From positions 18,912,001 through 18,972,000 of the forward strand of contig NC_087251.1 of NCBI RefSeq assembly GCF_037042905.1: a stretch of DNA of 60,000 bases, given 5' to 3'. Below, piece by piece: positions 13,986 through 26,100 of the stretch. The number at the start of each line of letters is the position of its first letter. Positions within the stretch are counted from its first letter, which is position 1. The notes under the pieces are model-generated. The model was not told the DNA's origin, made no database searches, and worked only from the letters and a program-made list of their open reading frames with translations. A program made the position numbers and the translations under genes. Origin of the DNA: Lytechinus pictus. Its lineage: Eukaryota.

Positions 13986-15122
13986 GCCTACGCTAGGAGT
14001 CCACTGGGATGACGCCAGCTGGTGCCAATTCGCGCCAATGCAATTTGCTGTGGCGCCTAGTGTCGCCAATAAGGTGCCTCGTGGCATGCCGTGGCTCAAA
14101 CTGCCTCCCGACTGGCTCACGGCGGCCCGTAACGGCGCAAAAAATTGAATTTGGCACTAAGAATGTTGAAATGTTTGAAATTTTTGTCGCTTTCATCAAG
14201 AAATCATCGCGAAGTGTCCACCAAGTGGCACCAAATGGCCCAAACAATCCACCTTTTAGAATCAACTGGAATGTAATCGCGTGCCAATGAGATTTTGCAC
14301 CACCTGGCGCCACTTAGCGTCAAATAATTCCAACAAAGGTGGACACTCCGCGCAAAAGCGCTCCAAATGTAGTGGCGCGAGCCAAACAGCACCTGATTGG
14401 TGATTACTTCATGCCAAATACCACTTGGTTACCGCCATTCGGTGCCACTTGCTGCCTGCAAATGCAGGACTGCATCACAGGACTTTCTCATACAACTTTC
14501 AATATTTGACTCGATAGCACCTCCATGCAGTTTTTTCTTCACAATTTTACAAGATTTTACATAATTTTAAAAGAAGATGCCCCCCAATGGCAACAAAGAC
14601 AGTAGCAAGGGGAAGAAGGATAAACTTGAGAAGTCCAGGATGTTGCTCCAGACCTTTCATCCCAAGCCTAAGAGTAAGACCAGCCCTACCAGTCATCATG
14701 CAAGTGAGGCTGAAGAGGAGGTTGCACAAGCAAGCCTTGGTAAGTAATCATGAAGGTCTAGATTATCCACTGCTTACTGGTCTAGTGGGTTGGAAAAGTG
14801 CTCCTAGGATACTCTAAAAAGTGTTTCTAGGGTGATACAAATAATATAAAGGAATAAGAGAGAAAGTGTATGGCAAGGTGAACTAGGCTCTGTCACCTGA
14901 CAAAAGAAGGCAGAAAGGAAAGAACAAGAATTGAATTAGTATAAAGAAATTAATAACTGGTTGAATGTACTCCATCTTTAGACACCTGATGTTCTGTTTA
15001 CCAAAACAAACTCCATCCCAATCAAGAATACATAAAATAAGTTAAGCTGGCAGACCATATCTGAAAGGAGAACCCCACCTCAGCGGTGAGACCGTCAACA
15101 GGAAGAAGGGTCTGGTTAGACG

Positions 15123-15158
15123 GAACTCATGACCCTTGCGTTATCAGCACGATGCTCT
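15123..15158 (-). pseudogene. tRNA-Ile-like fragment (D-arm end to T-arm start)
   Basis: Reverse complement AGAGCATCGTGCTGATAACGCAAGGGTCATGAGTTC resembles the tRNA-Ile core AGAGCGTGGTGCTAATAACGCCAAGGTCGCGGGTTC; no acceptor stem. Confidence 0.55.
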
Positions 15159-15378
15159 CAGATTATTGTTAATATACATGCATATTATGTTGATTTGTCT
15201 TTCTCCATTTTTTCCCCTTTTATTTTCTCTTTTCTCTCTCTCTCTTTAAACAATACGAATTAGAACAGTCTGAGAATTTGTAATTGTGTAACTAATATTT
15301 ATGGCTAATATTTCCATATTGGTTTTCTGGTTAGTTATTTCCCATTACTTTTTAAGATCGTTTTATATCGCTTTCACC

Positions 15379-16418
15379 ATGACTTCAACTGCAGGCGATT
15401 ACATACTACTAGTCAAGCGATTAAACCCCAAACTACAGAGGCTAGTTTGAGACACTTCCTGGAAACTGTGGGTGAGATAACCCACATTAAATTTGGTAAA
15501 GATTCAATAACTGGTGAGAGCACTGGCAATGCCCACTGCATCTTTGTGAATAGCCACGTAGCGTCCGAAGCCATTTTACAGGTTTTGGATGGGGAAGCTA
15601 TTAAAATAACGGAAGCCTCTAAGTCAAACCTCGTACTAGATGTAAAGTCAAGAGTCGAGTAATGTAGCAACACCCAAGGTTAAATCACAAACTATTATTC
15701 AAAATTCCCTTAAATTATCAATTTTTTTGGGTGTGCCACAACACAAAAGGGGTAAGGTCCCTTTGAGGTGTGGATATACGAAATAAAATGTCTTCAAATA
15801 GACAATGATTGCAGCCCGGGTGAGCTGGCTAGGCTTGCGAGACGTTCGTTACGGGGAGAGGCAGGTCAGCTTGTTTTAAACATGAATGTAGAGGCAACGG
15901 TTGAGGAGATTGTTGAAAAGCTAGGCGGCTTCTATGGCACAGTAGAATTGGGGGCCGCACTTCTACAACAATTATACTCAACCAAACAGGGACCAGAAGA
16001 ATCGGTGACCGCCTACAGCACTCACTTAAAATCGGCAATCGATAAGGCAGAGCAAAGGAAGGGTATCTCATCCTCCGCAAAGGCCAAGACCCTTCGCGTT
16101 GTTTTCTGGAAGGGGTTAACAGATGCTTCCCTTAAGCAAGGCATTCTGCACCGGTACGAAGCTATTGACAATTTTTTACAGTTTAGACTACTGCATACAG
16201 TTTAGACTACTGCATACAGTCACATATATTTTATTGCATCATATAGTACCCTGTTAGGACTTCCTGTCTGCATATTGTTGCTCACATCCCACTCAACAAA
16301 GGAGTACCATCGGTGCGTCCTAAAATGCATATTTGCTGAGTTTCAGGAAAATTATCCCATCCATCCTATCTCACACGTTTCCTCCGATCACATGCCCGAA
16401 TAGTCTATTTTGTTTAAG
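15379..16418 (+). pseudogene. PNMA-like Ty3/Gypsy gag relic, copy 1 (RRM-like N-terminus + capsid)
   Basis: ATG 15379, RRM-like LRHFLETVGEITHIKFGKDSITGESTGNAHCIF; capsid FEVWIYEIKCL...RRSLRGEAGQLV...LYSTKQGPEESVTAY...LRVVFWKGL; frameshifts; no pol. Confidence 0.85.
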
Positions 16419-16428
16419 CTTAACAAAA

Positions 16429-17251
16429 AGGTTTTGGATGGGGAAGCCATTGAAATAGCGGAAGCCTCCTAGTCAAACCTCGTACTTGATGTAAAGTCAG
16501 AGTCGAGTAATGAAGCACAACCTGTGGTTAAATCACAAACTATTATTCAAAATTCCCTTAAATTATTAATTTTTTTGAGTGTGCCACAACACAAAAGGGG
16601 TAAGGTCCCCTGTGAGGTGTGGAAATACAAAATAAAATGTCTTCAAATAGACAATGATTGCAGCCCGGGTGAGCTGGCTAGGCTTGCGAGACCTTCGTTA
16701 CGGGGAGAGGCAGGTCAGCTTGTTTTAAACATGAATGTAGAGGCAACGGTTGAGGAGATTGTTGAAAAGCTAGAAGGCTCCTATGGCACAGTAGAATCAA
16801 AAGTCGTACTTCTACAACAATTTTACTCACCCAAGCAGGGACCAGATGAATCGGTGACCGCCTACAGCGCTTGCTTACAATTAGCAACCGATAAGGCAGA
16901 GCAAAGGAAGGGTATCTCATCCTTCGCAAAGGATGAGACCCTTCGCGTTGTTTTCTGGAAAGGATTAACAAATGCTTCCCTTAAGCAAGCCATTCGGCAC
17001 CGGTACGAAGATAATTTTGTTGACACTTAGACTACTGCGTACAGTCACATATTTTGATTTTATTGCATCATATAGTATAGTACCCTGTTAGGACTTCCCG
17101 TCTGCATGTTGTTGCTCACATCCCACTCAACAAAGGAGTACCATCGGTGAGTCCTAAAATGCATATTTGCTGCGTTTCAGGAAAATTATCCCACCCATTC
17201 TACCTCACACGTTTCCTCTGATCACGTGTCTGAATAGTCTATTTTGTTTAA
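16429..17251 (+). pseudogene. PNMA-like gag relic, copy 2 (tandem duplicate of 15580-16418)
   Basis: Co-linear, highly similar copy from AGGTTTTGGATGGGGAAGC to TAGTCTATTTTGTTTAAG; ORF 16524-17030. Confidence 0.85.
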
Positions 17252-17679
17252 GGATAAAATTATTTTGCTGCAGGCCATATCTGAAAAGAGAACCCCACCT
17301 CAGCGCTGAGACCGTCGGCGGGAAGAGGAGCCTGGTTAGACTATTATGGACTTTCATGGGCTGTAGACTAATTGTATTGTATTAGCACTATACTCTGTTG
17401 GCATTTGTTACATGTATGTCAAAGAACTTAGTGGGAGCATAAATGGTCTCTTTTTGATAAGTGCACCTTGGTTGAGGGGTTTATTGATAAAAAGTACCAT
17501 TTAGAGTGGAATTGGTAATATTTTATTACTTATTTCGTACCATAAGATGTATATTTATTTAAAATATGGGTGTTTGTTGTCAATGAATAGCAGGACCTTT
17601 CTCTCATGAGGAAAATGAAGAAGAACCCACAAACAGGAAAAAGAGGAACAGGGGCGGTTCTGGAGCGAGGCAGAGGACC

Positions 17680-17880
17680 GTGAACTCAATGACACTCAGG
17701 AAGATGAGGCTAAAGAGTACTTGCTGGGGTGCCCGGGCCTCCACAACAAGCGGATGCCATGTGGGCCGAACTTGACAAGAAAGACGAGGCCTGGAGAAGG
17801 CTGTAAGACCAGCTGGGGGTTGACGTCAAAGACATCCACACTTGGTACAAAATGCTGTGCAAACACTATTCACAAGGATA
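17680..17880 (+). pseudogene. MADF/Myb-SANT-like domain relic (possibly Harbinger accessory protein)
   Basis: Manual translation with one frameshift and one stop: ELNDTQEDEAKEYLLGCPGLHNKRMP/WAELDKKDEAWRRL*DQLGVDVKDIHTWYKMLCKHYS, matching the MADF pattern P.LW...KK..AW..I...LG.......W..LR..Y. Confidence 0.6.
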
Positions 17881-18027
17881 TACCTTCACTTCATTAACAG
17901 CTTTTCAAAAGATTAGCTGTATCTCAAACGTTCATACATCTGTAATCTGTTGTCAATTCGTTTTGATAGTTGTGCAGAGATTGGGAAGTACTTAATTTAT
18001 TGGTGTATTGATTGGGGAATCTCCAGA

Positions 18028-19050
18028 ATGGGGAAAGCGAGTAAGGTGTGGGAATATTTCACCAAGACTTCAGTCAAGTGTGAAATGTAAACTCTGCAAT
18101 GTTGTTTACAAGTACAACGGAGGATCTACAACTACAATGAATGGTCATCTTCTGAAGAAGCATCCAAACATTGTAAACGCCCCTGACCAACGCCATGGGC
18201 CAATAACCTTCTTTAGGAAAATGCCCACACTGAGGAGGAAATTATGAAAGGTATCGTCTCGTTGGTTGCCAAAGACTATAAGTTGTGTCGAGGGAGAGGG
18301 CTCATTCAAATCCTAGAACCGGGCTATACCATGCCAACCAGGTGTACAATCACAAACAGACTATAAAAAGCGCTGTATGACATGAAAAGGAGGAGTGTCT
18401 GCGATTTCCTGGGAGAGGTTACCTCGGTCGCATTAACTACAGAATGTTGGATAAGTGTTGGGACAAACGATTACATGACAGTAACGTCGCACAAAATTGG
18501 CGACAGGTGGGAGAGACAAAACTTCATCCTTGAGACGGGACCTGTGAGGAGCATTGAAGATGATGATGAGCCCCATCGCCACACAACTGAGGCCCTGCAA
18601 AACCAACTGAGGAATGTGACTGAAGAGTGGGGCTTAATGGAAAAAAACTGCTGGCACTGTCCACGACAACGCAGCTAATGTGCGACGAGTTGGCGAAGGG
18701 ATTAATGCTGATGACCTAGGCTGAGCAACCTATAAGCTACGAATATGTGTGAACTTGGTCATGTACTCTGTTCCTAGCATTAGGAACATCTGTGCTACAG
18801 CAACTAGGCTTGTTGGGCATTTCAAGCATTCTGTGGTAGCGATCAATGCCTTTGCAACTGAACAGAAACAGCTTGGAATCGCAGAGCACAAGCTGATACA
18901 AGCAATCAAAACATGTTGGAATTCAACAAACGACATGTTGATTCAGCTAGAATAGCAGAGGTGGGCCGTTTGCCGAGTTTGAAATAACAGACGTTACACA
19001 AGCCAGACAGATGCACGGACACTAGAACTCACAGACCAACAATGGCGATT
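18028..19050 (+). pseudogene. hAT (ZBED1-like) transposase relic with BED zinc finger
   Basis: MGKASKVWEYF../VKCKLC..KYNGGSTTTMNGHLLKKH (BED); SVALTTECWIS..DYMTVTSH, HRHT, VHDNAAN, LVGHFKHS, KLIQAIKTCWNSTNDML motifs; many frameshifts; C-terminal part missing. Confidence 0.9.
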
Positions 19051-19550
19051 GGTAGGTCTTCTTGACAGCCTATAAGCGTTTAATGTGAATAAACATATTT
19101 AATATGTAACTGTATTCAGATATTAGGAGCCTAGATATTATGGATGAAATTTCACAAAATGCTTTGGCTACTATTACTATTATTATAAATACTTAAAAAT
19201 TTATCCAATGTATATTTAGAGTTATGTCAATATAAGGAACATACATGTACATCTAATGATAAAGACACACATTTTTAATGTCATTCTTCTTATTAATTTT
19301 GTCGTCCTACGGTTTATCATGATTGTATTATTTATGATTATTTGTTATATTTTATTTCTTTGTGTGAGATTCTTTGCCAAATTAAATAATAACTAGTAAA
19401 AAAAAGTTCCTACCATTAGAAATATTATTCTTCACATTAACAAAACAAGATAAAAGTTTTGTTAAGCAGGGCAAATATATATATATAAAAAAACAATACA
19501 ACGATCATATGGTACTATAATTCTGACCGATTGGGCATAAATATGAACAT

Positions 19551-19710
19551 CGGAGCATTTCATGAAAGGACTTGTCGGACGTTTTATCTGACAAGTCCCA
19601 TTTTATCCGACAGTTACCATAGTAACAGTACCTCTCAGCCAATCAACATAAGAGAAAGATGTCAGATCTGACAACTTGTCGGATGAAAATCTTGATGAAA
19701 CACTCCCCTG
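19551..19710. mobile_element. Short MITE; truncated inverted relative at ~32534-32624
   Basis: Imperfect TIR GGAGCATTTCAT / ATGAAACACTCC, internal TTGTCGGA/TCCGACA repeats and GTTACCATAGTAAC hairpin shared with 32600-32614. Confidence 0.55.
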
Positions 19711-20151
19711 TTGTCACATAATACTTTTTTATTTCTCAGAGCAAGAAAGTATAACATCATTTGTTCAATACTAGCTGCACATATACTTAACAGCAGCTTT
19801 AATAAATAGTGTCATTCAATATAAACAAGCTTGATACAAAAGGACCATTTGAATGCTTCCAAGTACACAACTTCCACATTTAATGAATGTTTTACCCCAA
19901 TAGAGGTACCTGATCATTTTTTTCAATTCACTTTTCATTTTTATTGATAGGTGAAGATTTGAAATGGCATGTGGACCTTCATTGCACTTTTTAAATTGCG
20001 CAGGAAAGGCACAATTTATTTCACATTTTGAAAATTCATCTTTCTGGTCTTTCCAAACAATGCAGATAATCTTGGGACCGCAAGATGCAAGAAAAATAAG
20101 TGTCTTGGCAAATAGAATAATATACATCACATAAAATTAGTTATGTAGATG

Positions 20152-23100
20152 TCATAAAAAGCCAGGTTTCCTGTTTGGTGAATCGGCTTTGTCTTGCGAG
20201 AGGAGCTTCTGAAATTCTTCAACTTCTATTATACTGCCAGATAACCTGTAGAATAAATTTAGTACAAAAAAGAGCAAATACACACTTCAGTTGAAGTATA
20301 CCAGAACACAGCCACCTCATCCCCTGCTCAACAAAATAGAGGAATGCCTGTGAAATTCTACATGAAAATATAAATCAGTGTAATCTTACAAAAATTAATT
20401 AGCTATTAGGGAAGTCAACCCTGACATCAAATTGGTTAAAAATTAAAGAAAAAATATAAACATGAAGGATTGGTGAAAATCTATCAACTTAAATTGAATA
20501 TGAAATGTTAAATGTATAAAACTCGTAGTGTACTACCCCCTTGTATGCCGTTTTATATCATTTCCATATATTGCCATGGAATTTATAGTACATGACGTAT
20601 TGGGATAGCAGCTCACAGTGCATAACACTTTAAAAATATGTGAATATGCAGTTTTCAAAATGGAATTTAATTGATGTTTATAGATTTTTTTTTTGGATAA
20701 CACTAACTTGATGCCAGGGCAATTTTCCCCTTTAAAATCAAATATTGTTGTCTTTTCTATGCACATGATACAAACTTATCAAAATGCAAGCAATAGAACA
20801 GTTTTAACTTTTCAACTTTAGAAAAACTAAAATACTACTTACTTTCCAAATCCATTGAATAAAGCGACAATTTCTTCTCTGTCGAGTGTGAGCTTCGATT
20901 TTCCAGTAGCACCCTGCTCTGTGAATAGAATCTTTAATGCTGTACCTAAACCTTTAATCTGAATACAAGCAATAAGAAAAGTGGTAATGTAGAATGTAGA
21001 ACTGGGATGCACTGCAATGCTAAAATAATTATTTGAATCATTGAGACAGAAAGATTGATACTGAGAACAGGAGAAAAAAGAACAGGTAAAAAGTACTGAA
21101 AAGAGACAGAGAAGAAAATAAATACAGCATGAGAATGTAAGAGAAATAAAACATTCCTGAAAATATATAGCATAAAGGAAAGACATAATTGAGATAAAAA
21201 CAAGTGTTTCAAAAAAACATGAGCTGGAGGCTTTTTAACAAAGATTAAAATGTTTAAAAAAATTTACATATAAGTCCAGGGGGGGGGGGTGGCTACTCAC
21301 TCACTTATTAGGTACCCATGTGAGTCCAAGAAAATGTCAATTTCTGACCTAAGGTATTGACATTTTTTGGAAAAGGGTATTTTCAGTCTTGCATTCAACG
21401 TTTTTAGGAAAAAGAAATACCTTTTAGCTGGTCCTTCAAAGTCTACAATATATAGTGGTATATTTTACAAATTTTTACTTCATTTACAATATTTAAGTGT
21501 ACATTTGGCACCTTGTTAACGCCATTTATGACATTTAGGGGGGAATTCGAACCAAGGATTATGCATGGGTTACAACATTTAGGGTCCAAGTTTGAGGTGC
21601 CTGGACGAGCAAGGTTACCACTTCAATTCTTGAAATTCTTGAAAATGACCCAAAATGTTTCTGAGTATTCAAGCACCTTGTCTGAACTAGTCTTTACTGA
21701 CAAAATAAAAGTTCTCCAGAATTCATCATTATATTAACATCTGGTAGACATACTGACCTGTAGTTTACCCCATAGTTTACACTTGTCACATCCAACACAG
21801 TCCATGATCCTTGAGATGTTTCTGAAATGGGTGCGGAATTCTTCCTGTAGCATGAAGGGGGGGGGGGGAACAGATTCAGTAGGGGGCCAAGGAACAATTA
21901 CTCCTCAGTCTTTCAAATGATAGCATAGGACCTACAATTACTATCCGACCTAGCTTTAGATAAATCCAGATGTGTTGAGACCAGAACTTATCCATATTTC
22001 AGTGACATGACTGGATATACCAGCACAAGATTTTTACGAGGATTTATAGGGTAGTTTAATGGAATGTAATACACCTATTTCTTTGGCATTATGGAAGATG
22101 TAATATAGATTATTAATCATACCTTTGTGTTTGCACAAGATGAAAATGAAATTAAACAGATATTTCATGTTTTTTTGTGAATTGAATGAAGAATGAAAGA
22201 GGGATTGCTCTCTCAGAAACTGGGATAAATGATGGCATGAATAAGCAAGGTTGGCTTGTACTTTGAAGGTCAAGTGTCCTCTTTTCTTAGATATACATCC
22301 TTTTATAGCTGGGTGACAAAACACAGAGAAAGCGGGAACCAATTAGAATCTCCTTGCCAATACACTGAAGACATTTAACACTGCATACCTAGCAGCATTA
22401 AATACAACATGGTTTTCAATTTCATGTTCACATTTTATTTCTTTGTTCGAGTCCATATATTTGGAAGGTATAGACAAAGGCACCTGCCAGTCTAAAGCAC
22501 TGATGCATTAGACAACATTCTTACGTTTCATTGAATATGTATTTTACTCCGTTTGATTCTAATTTGAATTAAATACATTAGAATTGATCATTTGCATAGA
22601 ATTGTTGATTTATTGCACCTTGAGTTGTAGAGCTTGTTGGTGGTCTCCCTGAAACATTGCACTCTCATTAAAATGTTCAGGAAATGATTTGGCTATTTTA
22701 AGAATCTCTTTCACGACTCTCTGCACCTCCTGATCTTCGACTGGTTCTCCTGAAAATTAACAGGATGAAATGGGTAGATGGTGTAAGATAGGACTGAGGT
22801 TATATTGAATAAGTGAAATCTACTTGGACTTATCGAATATATAGGTTTGGGCTCAGTAACACAAGGATTTGGAATCAATCTCTAAATAACAACTGTAATT
22901 GCAGTCAAGACCATTATTGAACAGGCTTGTAAGTCATGATAACTACTATAAATCAATTAGCATAGTTGTTTTCAATTTACAATCAAAATTTGGTATTACA
23001 AGGCAAGTGGTATTGCCTGAAATAAAAAATAATGACTTGGATTGGTGATAAATCACAAGATATCCAATATTCTAATCTAAAATTCACATTCAAGCAATGA

Positions 23101-26100
23101 ATAAAAAATGAACAAAAATATACAAGAATATAAAAAGGTAATTAGAATATATGTTTACCTGTATAAAACAGTTCTTTTTCTAAAACTGGAGCAGCTTTTG
23201 CAATGGCTCCAAGCACTACCAGATAGGTAAAATAAAGATTTTTAAGTCTGATCGGGCCTTCTCCTTCTGTTGTTTCTGGATCAAATCGAAGCTGGAATTC
23301 CTCAACGTTTCGCCCCCACTGTTCCTTTTCAAAAAGGCCCTCTGCAAATCAAATACAGATTGTTGAGATGGAGAAAATTAGAAAAGTTACAGAAAGGAGC
23401 TTCATTCAATTTCAAGAATAGCAGAATATATGGATAAAAATTTACCTCATAAAGGGTAAGAATAGTATTATATGCCAGAATTTCAAATATAACAATTAAC
23501 AGGCACCTTTCATTCATGATGCAATATCCAATTAACAAAATCATGATTGAAGCACTAAAAATTTATGATGATAATTGCAAATCTCTGCAGGTGATCTCTT
23601 AATTACGAGTAATGGTAGCATGCTATACACAAACAAGTCTTGAAACAGAACAGCGTGACATCTTACTATGACTGTTAGAGCTCCAATAATTGACAGAGCC
23701 CTAAGGGTATGGCAGCATGCACACTCTATTACGAGGCAACTAATTATGAGAACAGTCTAGTTTATAATGAACCATGTGCGTAGAACATGGTTTAACATTG
23801 TGAGCTCTGTCTGGTCTACATATACATAAGTGGATGTCTTCATATTTTTTCCATCGGGGGAGGGGGTAATTTTAATGGTTCAAATATTACTCCAATTTCT
23901 TTCATTATTCCACTTTCTCATTAATGAATCACATTAGCAATATACTTTTAAACATGATATGCTCTCTTGGATTTTTAGAAAAGCAAGAAAATACAGTGAC
24001 TTGAGGAATTACATGGTAAGTTTTAAAAAATATCCTCTAAATTAAATCTCAAATGATATTTCATTTGAATAAAGGGAAAACATGAAATAGAATCATAAAG
24101 TAGTGTGCAAACTACAAATAATGAAATAGTTCTTACCAGAAAGCAAATACTTTGCACAAAGATGAATATTGATACTGCTATGAAGTCCAGATATCAGACG
24201 ATAGAAAACTCTCTTCTCTAGGCACATATCTAATCAAAGGGGGAAATCAGATTAAAACCAGTAAATTCTCACATTCAAGATTAAATGCTTTACAAGCTGG
24301 AGAGGACTATTCCTTGTTGATTTTGGGGATTCTTTTCTTAATGGGTGCTTGTGAAGTAAAAATTCCCACCCAAATCACAGTATTTTATTAATTTAGCAAG
24401 TTTATTCATACTGATTTTAGATAAAACTGCATTCTCTCAAAACAGCTCAAAAAGTAACTACACGGTTTATTGTATTTTTCAAAATAAACTGAAATTGGAA
24501 CCATAACTTCAAATTCTTTGGAAAGTTAACTCACTGAAAACTTTGCTGTAACTAATAAAAACTTCCCATTAAATTAATTCTCTTCAAGATTGAACTATCT
24601 TGGTTCCCCCTCTCTCCTCCTCTTCTCTCCCCTGCCCCCCTGTCTCCTCCTACTGTCTCCCCCTTCTCTCCATTTCTTGCCTTTTCTCTTGTATTGGTGC
24701 ATTGGCTATCAAAGGTGTAAATGTGCTATAATTACAAGACGCAGTGACCTGATTGGCCCACCATATCTCTCCATGAAGGTCTGCAACTTCTCCATGTCGA
24801 AAATGGTTATACAATTTTCAATTTAAAAACAATTTATTTTTAAGCAAAAGTGAAATTCAAACTCAAGAAATTAACAAATAATTATGCAAAGATGAATTTG
24901 ATGAAGTAAAATAGAAATAGAAAACATAAAGAGCATCTGAGCAGTATCATTCAGCATTAACTTCCTCTTTTGATCCCCAAACACAATAGACAACCCCCCA
25001 AATATTTGTAATCAACATGGCCATCAATAGCCATATCCTTGGATGCCCTGTAGATTGGCCTCAGTGCCTTTTAACTGGTCTTAAATATTTTTGTGCCCTT
25101 TATTTCTTTTCTCCATTTGTGCTGTAATAACTAATATAAAAATGCACCCTTTTTATATTAATATGGCCTTTGATATTTTTGTGCCCCATTTGTGCAGTAA
25201 TAAAAAAATGTGCCCTTTTAAAATGTGGCTTTGCACTAAAAATATCAAAATTGAAGGCCTGAATTAATATTACCTTTTGTCTATGACTATTAATGGACAG
25301 TAAACACCAATTGATGCTAACTTCTACCTTGCCATAGAAAATTTTCATAAAATTTGATACAATTTTTTTTTAAAGTTTATACATGATATCTTCAGCAAAT
25401 AATAAAGAACTGAAAATAATTGGTGCAATTGTAAAAACATACTGCATAAATTAGCAATACACCCCATCAACCTGCACCCCACTGTCCATTTTTCTACAGC
25501 TCTACATTGTATCCAAGTTTGAAATGTGCAAATTATAAGATGTTTATAAAAAACAATAAAATACTCAACTTAATTTAAATCAATATCGATCCTGCATGTT
25601 CAAAATGATGAAATTGAATCAACTTTTTTTCCACTAGTACTTCTATATTCTATTTATTCAATGTACGATCCAAATTGTTTCTATATGCAAATTTGTATGT
25701 TATTTTCTGATTTACTTCTCTATTAATTGTAACACATAATGGATGCATACTAGTAGACATACACTCCATGTGTATACCTTATATTGTAAAAAGAATGGTT
25801 AAATTGACTATTTAAAAAAGAATTAATATACTTGTGAAAATGAAAATCCAACAATCCATGATTGGTGTCAAATGTAAACGAAATAAAATAATGCCTAATA
25901 ACATGATGCAAAAATCTAAACGGACTCATATTCAGTAAAAAAAACAAAAAACAAAGAAGAAATCTAAAAACAATAAAAACTACAATAAGAGAAAATTATT
26001 ACAAATCAAATAATATATTTAACCATAGTAGTTAATTTTAAAGGATAGGAAAACAGATAAATATATGAAATGAAGGAAAGAAAAGATAAAATAAAGAAGG

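Larger units (their letters stand above)
13125..19398 (+). mobile_element. 6.3-kb composite retroposed insert bounded by a 16-bp direct repeat
   Basis: AAAAAAAGTTCCTACC at 13109-13124 and 19399-19414; ATTAAA at 19381-19386 just before the right A-run; interior made of TE coding relics. Confidence 0.75.

Noticed and set aside
15123..15158. Functional tRNA gene
   Set aside because: Only the central ~36 nt present; no acceptor stem or complete A/B boxes.
15379..17030. Domesticated PNMA/Arc-like capsid gene
   Set aside because: Frameshifts and stops separate the N-terminal and capsid parts; copy 2 lacks an ATG and N-terminus.
18008..19050. Active hAT transposase or ZBED gene
   Set aside because: Multiple frameshifts, first catalytic motif altered (TTECW), truncated, no TIRs.
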